From the NCBI GenBank assembly GCA_024276675.1, contig JAJRWT010000097.1, forward strand, positions 5,660 to 69,659: a stretch of DNA of 64,000 nucleotides. Direction: 5' to 3'. The number at the start of each line of letters is the position of its first letter. The stretch's first letter is position 1. The notes beneath the pieces are model-generated. The model did not search any database and was not told the DNA's origin. It was given only the letters and a program-made list of their open reading frames with translations. Below, piece after piece: positions 9,162 to 18,784 of the stretch. The stretch is from Myxococcota bacterium (GTDB lineage: Bacteria > Myxococcota_A > UBA796 > JAFGLY01). The position numbers and the translations under genes were made by a program.

Positions 9162-11107
9162 GCAGCCCAACAGGGCGTTGGCTGGGTCGGGCGAAGCTCG
9201 CGTTCCCCTACCTGCTGCTGCTGGCGGCGCTGCTGGGCGTGTTCTGCTCCAACCTGGGCTCTGACCCGGGCCGGGACCAGGCGACGAGGGCTGAGCCCGC
9301 CCTGCCGACGCTGGTGGATCCCGTCTGCGGGATGGAGGTCAACCCGGCCTGGGGGCACAGCCAGGATCACGCGGGTCGGAGCTACTACTTCTGCAGCGAG
9401 TCCTGCAAGCTGAAATTCGCCTCCAACCCCGACCAATACCTGCAGGAGAGCTGCCCGGTCTGCGGCGAGCCAGTGTCGCCATCCCGCGCCTTTCCCGCCA
9501 CCTACCTGGGGAAGACATACGAGCTGTGCTCCCAGGAGCACCGGCGACTCTTCAAGGCCGATCCCGCCGGGTACTTCATGCACACCATGTGGGGGATCCC
9601 CGACTGGCTGTACTACCTGTCCATCGGCATCGTGCTGCTGATCTCGTTCCTGGTGCTGGAGATTCCCGGCGAGAGGGCCGGTGCAGGAGCACGGCCACGC
9701 CTGGACCTCATGGCGTCGAGACCCATGCGTATCCTTGCGGGATCGCGTGTCTTTCGCTTCCTCCTGCAGCTCTCCGTCGTGCTGCTCTTCCTGCTGGTGA
9801 TAGCCGCCGGTCTCTACGGCGTGCAGAACCCCGCCATGAACATCGCCCCCTTGCTCACCTGGACGGTGTGGTGGGGAGGGCTGGTGGTGGTGATCATGTT
9901 CCTGGGCAAGGCCTGGTGCTACGTGTGCCCCTGGGACGCCATCGCCGGGTGGGTCGAGGGCATGAGCCTGTGGAGGAAGCCCAGGAGGGGCATTGGCCTG
10001 GCCCTGCCATGGCCGCGCTCCTGGCGCAACATCCGTCTCGCCACCATCCTCTTCGTGGGCTTGACCTGGGTGGAGTTGGGCTTCGGTGTGACCATGTCAC
10101 CGGCAGCCACCGCCTGGCTTGCGCTGGCCATGCTCCTCCTGGCCCTGGGCTCGGTCCTGCTCTTCGACAGGAGGAGCTTCTGCCGGTACGGCTGCCTGGT
10201 GGGACGGGTGAGCGGGCTCTACGCGATGTTCTCGGCCATCGAGGTGAGGAGCCGCGACAAGGCCGCCTGCCGTGCCTGCCGGAGCAAGGAGTGCGTGAAA
10301 GGCAGCGCCACCGCCCACGGCTGCCCCACCTTCCAGTACCCCGGGGGCATGCAGACCAACACCTACTGCATACAGTGCATGGAGTGCGTCCAGGCCTGTC
10401 CCCACGACAACATCGCGGTCAACCTGCGCCCCTGGGGCTCCGACCTGGCGGTGGGCGGCAAGCCAGCCAGCGACGAGGCCTTCCTTGCGCTGCTCATGCT
10501 GTCCATCACGGCATTCCACGGCCTCACCATGACCCCCGCGTGGCGTGACCTGCTGGCGGTCCTGGAAGCTCCGGCATGGTCGGGCCAGGTGCTCTCCTTC
10601 AGCCTGGGCATGGTGGCCATCATGCTGGCCCCCATCGCCCTGTTCACGCTGCTGGTGCGTATGTCCCACATGCTGGCCCTCCGCTCCGGCGGGGCACGAG
10701 GCCCAGGGTTCGGCGGCTACTTCGTCAGATACGCCTACTGCGTCCTCCCCATCGCCCTCTTCTACCACCTGGCCCACAACCTGGAGCACTTGTTGATGGA
10801 AGGCCCAAAGGTGGTGGCACTCATCAGCGACCCCCTTGGGCGGGGATGGAACCTCATGGGAACGGCCGGGCTGTCCATCCCGCCCATGGTCTCGCTGGAC
10901 ACCCTCTGGATCCTCCAGGTGGTGCTGGTGGCCGTGGGCCACGTGTACAGCCTGTGGGCGGCCCGCGAGATCAGCCGGCGCAGCTTCGGCGACCACGCCC
11001 TGGCCCGCCGCAGCCAGTGGCCCATCCTCCTGGGCATGATAGCCTTCTCCATCTTCAGCCTGTGGCTCCTCAAGCAGCCCATGGAGATGCGCAGCTCGGC
11101 GATGTAG
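9158..11107 (+). CDS. YHS-YHS domain + polytopic 4Fe-4S membrane protein (NapH/CcoG/NosR-related polyferredoxin)
   Basis: DPVCGMEV...YYFCSESCKLKFASNPDQY and CPVCGEPV...YELCSQEHRRLFKADPAGY; GKAWCYVCPW, FCRYGC, CIQCMECVQACP; many TM helices; ATGA overlap. Confidence 0.8.
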   Translation: MSSPTGRWLGRAKLAFPYLLLLAALLGVFCSNLGSDPGRDQATRAEPALPTLVDPVCGMEVNPAWGHSQDHAGRSYYFCSESCKLKFASNPDQYLQESCPVCGEPVSPSRAFPATYLGKTYELCSQEHRRLFKADPAGYFMHTMWGIPDWLYYLSIGIVLLISFLVLEIPGERAGAGARPRLDLMASRPMRILAGSRVFRFLLQLSVVLLFLLVIAAGLYGVQNPAMNIAPLLTWTVWWGGLVVVIMFLGKAWCYVCPWDAIAGWVEGMSLWRKPRRGIGLALPWPRSWRNIRLATILFVGLTWVELGFGVTMSPAATAWLALAMLLLALGSVLLFDRRSFCRYGCLVGRVSGLYAMFSAIEVRSRDKAACRACRSKECVKGSATAHGCPTFQYPGGMQTNTYCIQCMECVQACPHDNIAVNLRPWGSDLAVGGKPASDEAFLALLMLSITAFHGLTMTPAWRDLLAVLEAPAWSGQVLSFSLGMVAIMLAPIALFTLLVRMSHMLALRSGGARGPGFGGYFVRYAYCVLPIALFYHLAHNLEHLLMEGPKVVALISDPLGRGWNLMGTAGLSIPPMVSLDTLWILQVVLVAVGHVYSLWAAREISRRSFGDHALARRSQWPILLGMIAFSIFSLWLLKQPMEMRSSAM

Positions 11108-11662
11108 GGACTACCCCGCCTGAGCATGGCGACCCCGGTTCATGAACGGCCGGGCATGGCAACGAACCCACGAACTTCAAGTCATCCCGTGTCCACGTTG
11201 CCACGAAATCACCGCAGAGCAGCCCATCGCGCCGAACGTCGTGGAGATCCCGCCAGGAAAGGGCGGTGCTCGCACACTTGGACCAGGGGTGAACGCCTTC
11301 TCGACCGCTTGACGGTATTCGTTCTTGGCGTTCTTCCAGAAGCCTTCTCGAAGGTCGGAGCCGTCGCTCCAGCGCTCCAACCCCTCCATGACCGAGCTGT
11401 CTGGGTCGCGTCGCACCAGATCATTGATAAAGGGCTCATCCCGCCGGAATAGTCGCCTCAGACCTTGGCGTCACTTTGAGCTGCCGGCCGGGACCCGCTA
11501 CCTCTGGGCGCCGACCGGGCTTTTCCGTGCGGGCCGTGAGACCTCGTCTGCGCTATGCCATGATGGGAACTGGCGGCTTCCGGAGTCCGCCGCAAGCGAA
11601 GGACTCACAGCGGATGTGGGAGAACGCTCGGGGAGCGCCTCCCCACGACCCCTACGACGAGA

Positions 11663-11688
11663 GAGGCCCAGGATTCCCCTGGGCTCCT
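11663..11688 (-). terminator. Possible hairpin terminator downstream of tmRNA
   Basis: GCCCAGG-attcc-CCTGGGC inverted repeat just 3' of tmRNA; no good U-tract. Confidence 0.35.
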
Positions 11689-11700
11689 ACAAGAAGAAAA

Positions 11701-12072
11701 TGGAGGCGGCGGGAGTCGAACCCGCGTCCGAAATCGCTCGGCTTTGGCTTCTACATGCTTAGCCTCCGGTCTACCACTCCGTGAGCTCGGAGGCCCCCGC
11801 TTTCACGGAATGAGCGACGATTTGTCGGGGTTGTTTGTCGTCCCCTGGGCGCCACGCCACGAAGCGCCTTCAGGACTAGCCAGGTCTTGACGCGCCCGAA
11901 ACTGGAACCCTGGCATTGCCAGCTCGGACGGCTCGGCCGCTACGCGGCGGCGAGAGCGAAGCTGTCGTTGTTGTTGGCAGCTATTTTGGTTTTCCCGGTG
12001 TTTTGCGAGGTACCGAGCACCTCGACATGCAGCCTCGGCCTACCACGACCCCGTCGAACCCGTTTCGCCCCC
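11701..12072 (-). ncRNA. ssrA: tmRNA (transfer-messenger RNA)
   Basis: 5' GGGGGCGAAACGGGTTCGAC pairs with 3' ...GGGTTCGACTCCCGCCGCCTCCA (G3.U alanine stem, T-loop); internal tag frame ANNNDSFALAAA* at 11978-11940; 372 nt; terminal CCA not encoded. Confidence 0.95.
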
Positions 12073-12659
12073 TCGATGGTGGATGGGCCGGATGGAATGG
12101 GGATGAAGGGGACTGGCCCCACGACCATCCGGTTCACTGTGTTCCTTCTTTCAATGTGACCACTGGCGAATACACTGTCAAGCCCCACCTTCAACTCTTT
12201 CTGGCTGTCGTTGGTGCTCGCCTGCTGCTTTCCTTCCCCGGACCCCTTCTCGTATCGGGAATGTGGCACAGGCGGGTTGAAGCCTGGTAGGAAGCATGGG
12301 GCTGGGGGGGGGCACACCCTTGGGAAGGAGCATCGTGAAGGCCGGTACAACACTCGCAAGGAGCACGAACCGGGCCTGTGCTCCGTCGGATCGGCGAGAA
12401 ATGGCTTGACGTCGGATGCGAAGCACCATAAATCACGCGCCTTCCATACCTCGTCCCGTCTGCGCCGACATAAACCCGCCAACTGCACGGTTATGCGCTT
12501 TCGTCCTGGTTCACCGGAAATATCCACGCATCTCACCCGGGCCAATTGGGCGCCAACTTCCGTGGCGGGTTCCGCAGCCATCCTCGCAGCGACGCCGCGC
12601 AGCGTCATTTCAACTCTCACACATTCCATTTTCCAACCATGCTCGTAAGGAGCCAGGCA

Positions 12660-13550
12660 ATGCCAGACGCAGAAGGAATCCTCGAAGCACGCTCCCCAGC
12701 AGAAATGGGAGCCCAGACCACCCCCACGGGCAGCCTCAACATCAAGGGCGCCGACAACCTGGATTGGGGCGTCAAGAACCGCCTCTCCAAGCTCATCCAG
12801 CCCGACGGCCGTTGCATGTTCCTGCCCATCGACCACGGCTATTTCCAGGGTCCCACCCGCAAGTTGGAACGTCCGGCCGAAACCATCGCGCCACTCATCC
12901 ACATGGCGGACGGCCTGTTCGTCACCCAGGGCGTGCTGCGGGCGGCGATCCCAGCCGACCTGAAAACCCCCGTAATCCTGCGGGTTTCCGGCGGCACCAG
13001 CGTGGTGGGAAATGACCTGGCCAACGAAACACTGGTCACATCCATCGAAGACGTCATCCGAGCCAACGCGGTTGCGGTGGGCATCTCGGTCTTCATCGGC
13101 ACCGACTACGAAAAGCAGACCTTGCAAAACCTTGCCGACATGGTGGACCTCTGCGGCAACTACAACATCCCGGTCATGGCCGTGACAGCCGTGGGCAAGG
13201 AAATGGAAAAACGCACGGCCCGTTACCTGGCCCTCTGCTGTCGCATCTGCGCCGAAATCGGCGCCCGCGTCGTCAAGACCTACTACGCCGCCGATGACTT
13301 CGAAAAGGTAACCAACGGCTGCCCCGTCCCCGTCGTCATGGCCGGAGGCCCCAAGGTAGACACCGAACGCCAGGTCTTCGACTTTGTCTACGATGGCATC
13401 CAGAAGGGCGCCATCGGCGTAAACCTGGGCCGCAACATCTGGCAGAGCCCCAACCCCGTGGCGGTGATGAGCTCGCTGCACGCCATCATCCACGACAACG
13501 CCACCCCCGCCCAGGCCGAAGAGATCTTCCTGGACATCAAGAACGACTAG
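12660..13550 (+). CDS. lsrF: LsrF-type class I aldolase/thiolase
   Basis: LDWGVKNRLSK..., IDHGYFQGPT, AEIGARVVKTYY, PVVMAGGPK, GVNLGRNIWQ; AAGGAG RBS. Confidence 0.85.
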   Translation: MPDAEGILEARSPAEMGAQTTPTGSLNIKGADNLDWGVKNRLSKLIQPDGRCMFLPIDHGYFQGPTRKLERPAETIAPLIHMADGLFVTQGVLRAAIPADLKTPVILRVSGGTSVVGNDLANETLVTSIEDVIRANAVAVGISVFIGTDYEKQTLQNLADMVDLCGNYNIPVMAVTAVGKEMEKRTARYLALCCRICAEIGARVVKTYYAADDFEKVTNGCPVPVVMAGGPKVDTERQVFDFVYDGIQKGAIGVNLGRNIWQSPNPVAVMSSLHAIIHDNATPAQAEEIFLDIKND

Positions 13551-13577
13551 CTCCCGGGGCAACACCACCGTCAAAAA

Positions 13578-13619
13578 GGAAGGGGCAGGCCGGTATCATT
13601 CGGCTCCTGCCCCTTTTCC
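13578..13619 (+). terminator. Intrinsic terminator-like hairpin after lsrF
   Basis: AAGGGGCAGG...CCTGCCCCTT stem, TTTT after and an A-run before. Confidence 0.55.
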
Positions 13620-13660
13620 ATACACTTTCCAGATACTTTCCATATTTCCATAAATTCCGA
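13615..13660 (+). repeat. TTTCCA direct repeats (x4 plus a degenerate copy)
   Basis: TTTCCA at 13615, 13626, 13637, 13645; TTCCGA at 13655. Confidence 0.6.
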
Positions 13661-13672
13661 GAGAGGTGAGAC

Positions 13673-14749
13673 ATGGGCGAAGGCAAGAAGATGAACGTGG
13701 CCATGTGGTACAGAAACAACGACGTACGCCTGGAAGAAATGGACATCCCCGTCATCAACGCCCACGAGATGCTGGTCCGCGTGGAGGCCAGCGGCATCTG
13801 CGGCTCGGATGGCATGGAGTGGTACAGGCTCCACAAGGCGCCGCTGGTGCTGGGCCACGAGGTGGCGGGCACCATCGTGGAGTTGGGCTCCGCCGTCAAC
13901 AAGACCTTCGAAGCCCGCAAGAGCGACAAGCGATTCTGCGTGGGCGACCGCGTCTCGGTGGCCCACCACGTGCCCTGCAACACCTGTCATTACTGCCTGC
14001 AAGGCCACCAGGCCGTCTGCAAGACCTTGCAGTCGACAAACTTCGACCCGGGCGGCTTCACCCAGTACCTGCGAGTACCAGCCATAAACGTGGACCGGGG
14101 CGTATTCAAGATCCCCGATGGCGTCTCCCTGGAAGACGCCACCTTCATTGAACCTCTGGGCTGCGTCATCAGGGGGCTCAGGCAGGCCAACCTCGAACCC
14201 GGCAACAGCGTCATGGTGGTTGGCTGCGGCATATCCGGCCAACTCATGATCATGGCGGCCAGAGCCATGGGCGCCGGCAGGATCTATGCCCTGGACACCA
14301 TCCCCTTCAGGCTGGAAATGGCAAAAAAACACGGCGCCAACGAAGTCATCGACTCCGACGAAGGAGTCGGCGACAAGCTCCGCCACTTGAACGGGGGCAT
14401 GCTGGCGGATCGCGTGGTCATCTGCCGCGCCAAGTGGATTCCCCAGGCCCTGGATGCGGTCGAAAAAGGCGGAACGGTGCTGTTTTTTGCCGGTGCGCGT
14501 GCGGACCAGAAGATCGACGTTCCCGTCAACGACCTCTTCTGGAAGACCGAGATCACCCTTACCAGCTCCTACGCGGCCCCACCAGCCGACTCCATGCAGG
14601 CCATGGCGCTCATCCACTCGGGCGCGGTGCCCGTCAACTCTATGATCACGCACCGCCAGCCGCTTGGCGCCCTGGGCGAAGGGATCCGGATGTTGGTCAA
14701 CCCAACAAAGTTCAACTCCATGAAAACCGTCGTCTACTGCCAGGAATAG
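13673..14749 (+). CDS. Zn-dependent (MDR) sugar-alcohol dehydrogenase, sorbitol/iditol-DH-like
   Basis: GICGSD, GHE, CNTCHYC...C structural Zn, GCGISG Rossmann motif. Confidence 0.85.
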   Translation: MGEGKKMNVAMWYRNNDVRLEEMDIPVINAHEMLVRVEASGICGSDGMEWYRLHKAPLVLGHEVAGTIVELGSAVNKTFEARKSDKRFCVGDRVSVAHHVPCNTCHYCLQGHQAVCKTLQSTNFDPGGFTQYLRVPAINVDRGVFKIPDGVSLEDATFIEPLGCVIRGLRQANLEPGNSVMVVGCGISGQLMIMAARAMGAGRIYALDTIPFRLEMAKKHGANEVIDSDEGVGDKLRHLNGGMLADRVVICRAKWIPQALDAVEKGGTVLFFAGARADQKIDVPVNDLFWKTEITLTSSYAAPPADSMQAMALIHSGAVPVNSMITHRQPLGALGEGIRMLVNPTKFNSMKTVVYCQE

Positions 14750-14785
14750 GCCCGCACACCTTCCTCGACCCGGCAGGACAGTCAA

Positions 14786-15808
14786 TTGCGCGTTGCCGTC
14801 TACCTGGGCAGGGGGCGCTTCGAAACCCAGGAGCGCCCCGTTCCCCACCTGCAACCTGGTGACATGCTCATACGCATGGTAAGCTGCGGGCTCTGCGGCA
14901 CCGATGTGCACAAGGTGGTCCACGACACCGTCTCACCTCCCCTGGTGCTGGGCCACGAAGTGGCAGGTACGGTCCTGGAGACGGGCCCCGCTGTTGGGGA
15001 CTTCAAGCCCGGAGACCGGGTGGCGGTGGCTCACCACGTGCCCTGCATGGAGTGCTGGGAATGCCGCCACGGCCACGAGCCCCTGTGCGCCCAGTACAAC
15101 GCCACGAACCTGGACCCGGGGGGCTTCTCGGAGTTCGTGCGGATCCCGGAACCCAACGTGAACCTCGCAACTCGCCTGGTGCCCGCCGGCCTGCCGCTGG
15201 AGCAGGCAGCTTTCATGGAACCCATGGCCTGCTGCATCCGCGCCATGGACGGGTTGTTCCTGCCCGGCGATCGACTGCTCATCCAGGGAGCAGGTCCCGT
15301 GGGCCTGTTGTTCCTGCTGCTGGCCCAGGCCATGGGAGCCGGCTCGGTCATTGTCACGGACCTGGTGGACTTCCGCTTGAAAACCGCGGCCCGACTGGGT
15401 GCCAGCCAGGTCCTGGACGCCCGCTCTCCCCTGCTGGCCCAGCAGGTGGCGGAGCTGACCGGGGGCAAGGGCGTCGCCGCCGTCGTGGACACCACCGGCA
15501 ATCCAGGAGCCATGGACAGGGCCCCTGGCATGATCCGGGGAGGCGGGAAGCTGCTGCTCTTCGCCATCTCGCCGCCCTCCACGAAGCTGTCCCTGGATAC
15601 CAACGCCCTCCTGAAATCGGAAATCCAGGTCCTGACAAGCTACTCGTCCTCGCCCAGCGATTATGGGCACTGCCTGGACCTGATGGCCACTGGCGCCGTA
15701 CCGGTGGGCGAGTTGATCTCCCATCGATTTGCCCTGGACCAACTCTCGACAGCAGTGACCATGGGCCACCAGGCAGGTGCTTCGCTCAAGATAATGATTC
15801 AACCTTGA
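14786..15808 (+). CDS. Second Zn-dependent (MDR) dehydrogenase
   Basis: GLCGTD, GHE, CMECWEC...C, GAGPVG; TTG start. Confidence 0.85.
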   Translation: MRVAVYLGRGRFETQERPVPHLQPGDMLIRMVSCGLCGTDVHKVVHDTVSPPLVLGHEVAGTVLETGPAVGDFKPGDRVAVAHHVPCMECWECRHGHEPLCAQYNATNLDPGGFSEFVRIPEPNVNLATRLVPAGLPLEQAAFMEPMACCIRAMDGLFLPGDRLLIQGAGPVGLLFLLLAQAMGAGSVIVTDLVDFRLKTAARLGASQVLDARSPLLAQQVAELTGGKGVAAVVDTTGNPGAMDRAPGMIRGGGKLLLFAISPPSTKLSLDTNALLKSEIQVLTSYSSSPSDYGHCLDLMATGAVPVGELISHRFALDQLSTAVTMGHQAGASLKIMIQP

Positions 15809-16064
15809 GCAGTCCCGGCGGGAATTCGAGAAGGGAAACGGGCCGGCCTCGCAGGCATGGGCCTCGAAACATGCTCATCGGCCTTCCAAAAAAATCCGCT
15901 CCTCCTTTGAAGTATTCCGGCACATCCACGTCAATGGAGACATGTCGGCGCTCTCGGTACTCTGCCAGCCCATCGCCCCGAGTCGCGCCGGTAGCCTCGA
16001 TGGCTGTCTCTCACGCGTACATCCACCAACTGCTTGAACCCTCCCAACCTCCGCCTGGTGCCCC

Positions 16065-17696
16065 ATGCCGTCCAGAAGAGAATTCTTGAAGCAGGCAGGA
16101 AGCGGCCTCGCTGCACTGACCATGGCCATGGCCTTTCCCCAACCGGCCTGGTCCGCCGAAACCTACGACATCCTGTATTTCGACTGGGTGCCGGATCTCG
16201 ACGACGCACTGGACCACCTGGGGCAGTTGGAAGAGGGCATTCTTTCGGAAGAAGAATCACGCCGCCTGGAAGTGGTGGCCAGGGACGGCGGAGGCTTTGG
16301 TGTCATCACCCGCTACGAAAAAGCTCCCCGGCAGGCCGCGGTACTGGCCACCGTCCATTCGACCCTGCTTCAGAAGGCATCTGGCAGCGATGAGATCCTG
16401 GCTCGGGCCATCCCCGCAAAGGGTTACTCTCGCGTATACAACGTATCCTACGGGTTGGGCCCCAACTTCAAGGTTCTGAAACGCAACTGGGACACGGTGG
16501 CCAGGACCCTGGGCCCCGGCGTGACCAGGAGCCTGATCATCGAGCGTACCGCCTCTGGCAACTATGCCCTGGTGTACAAGCGCTACGGAGACATCAACAG
16601 CACCGCCACGGTGGCTCGGCGCCACGCAAGACTTCTCAAGAACAAGGGCATCGGCGCATCCTTCATCCAGGAGCGCAACAACCAGACCGTCTGGAACGGC
16701 TCATCCAATCCCAGCATCCGTCCGGACGCACCCTCAACGCTCGTGCAGGCCGAGCCCTCTCCGGAACCAACCCCACGAACCGAAGTCCAGCAGCCATCCC
16801 AGCAGGCCTCACCAGGCCAATCGGCCCAGGCGTCTTCCCAGAAGACCTCCACCGCGCTGCGCTCGGATGCCAAGCCACGGCGCGGTTCCGGACAATGGGA
16901 GTTGAAACCGGGCAAGTCGAGTCTGCAACCCAAGATAGACGCCTACATCAAGAGCCTGCGAGCCAAGGGCCGGGTACCATCCAACGAGGCTACATCCTGG
17001 CTGGTCTACGACCTCTCCCGGGACAAGACCGTGGCGGCAATCAACGCAGACACCCCCCGTCAATGCGCCAGCATGGTGAAGCCGCTGGTCATGCTGGCCT
17101 TCTTCTCCGAAGTACAGCGTGGTCGGTTTATCTATGGTTCCAAGAGCAGATCATACCTGGAAGCCATGATTCAGAAAAGCTCCAACTCTTCCACGAACTG
17201 GGTCATGGACCAGATAGGCGGTCCATCCAGGGTGCAGGCCATCCTCCAGGAGCGCTTCCCCGGTCTCCTGCCCCAGGCCTCCGTGGTAGAGAAGATCGCC
17301 GCCGGCGGAAAGACCTACAAGAACAAGGCATCTGCCGCTGACTACGGGCGTCTGCTCCGCGCCCTGTGGAACGACCGGCTGCCATATTCGGCCGAGATGA
17401 AGAGAATAATGAACCTGCCGGGTCGTGACCGCATCTGCTCCAGCACCACAAACGTCCCGGCAGGCACCCAGGTCTACAACAAGACCGGCAGCACTGCCCG
17501 ACTTTGCGGGGACATGGGCATCCTGGTGCCACCGGCCACCTCGGGTAAAAAGCGCCCGTACATCATGGTGGGTATTTTCGAAAAACAGGTGAGAACCTCC
17601 AGCTACAGCGCATGGATAAGGGATCGTTCCTCCATCGTCCGTGCCGTCTCCGACATGGCCTACCTCCACATGAAGAGCATCCGCGACGTTGGATAG
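16065..17696 (+). CDS. Tat-exported serine hydrolase (class A beta-lactamase/PBP-like) with N-terminal extension
   Basis: SRREFLK Tat signal; ASMVK (SxxK), SSN (SxN), KTG; Pro/Gln/Ser linker. Confidence 0.8.
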   Translation: MPSRREFLKQAGSGLAALTMAMAFPQPAWSAETYDILYFDWVPDLDDALDHLGQLEEGILSEEESRRLEVVARDGGGFGVITRYEKAPRQAAVLATVHSTLLQKASGSDEILARAIPAKGYSRVYNVSYGLGPNFKVLKRNWDTVARTLGPGVTRSLIIERTASGNYALVYKRYGDINSTATVARRHARLLKNKGIGASFIQERNNQTVWNGSSNPSIRPDAPSTLVQAEPSPEPTPRTEVQQPSQQASPGQSAQASSQKTSTALRSDAKPRRGSGQWELKPGKSSLQPKIDAYIKSLRAKGRVPSNEATSWLVYDLSRDKTVAAINADTPRQCASMVKPLVMLAFFSEVQRGRFIYGSKSRSYLEAMIQKSSNSSTNWVMDQIGGPSRVQAILQERFPGLLPQASVVEKIAAGGKTYKNKASAADYGRLLRALWNDRLPYSAEMKRIMNLPGRDRICSSTTNVPAGTQVYNKTGSTARLCGDMGILVPPATSGKKRPYIMVGIFEKQVRTSSYSAWIRDRSSIVRAVSDMAYLHMKSIRDVG

Positions 17697-17794
17697 CCCC
17701 GCTGGCACAATGGCGCCTTCCGTTTGCAGTGGACTTCAATTTCCCGCAAACAAAGGCTATACTGCATGTGGACCATCAGGATGAGGAGACCGCC

Positions 17795-18742
<948 letters not shown>

Positions 18743-18784
18743 TATCGGCGTAGCTGAGGTTCACCTTTCGGGGCCACCGGGTTA

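Noticed and set aside
3505-9170. Long antisense ORFs (3505-5601, 7416-9170); similar cases at 13571-14923, 33378-34871, 47088-48257, 55126-56616 and 57616-59136
   Set aside because: They mirror well-supported genes on the other strand and show no family motifs.
11701-11730. tRNA-like T-arm and acceptor end
   Set aside because: It is the 3' end of tmRNA, not a separate tRNA.
12304-12312. G9 homopolymer between tmRNA and lsrF as a phase-variation tract
   Set aside because: Not placed within any recognisable promoter or CDS; plausible by chance.
11940-13574. 544-aa minus-strand ORF ending exactly in the tmRNA tag peptide
   Set aside because: Mostly the antisense shadow of lsrF. Only the last 12 codons are meaningful (the tag), and stop-poor antisense frames are common at this GC content.
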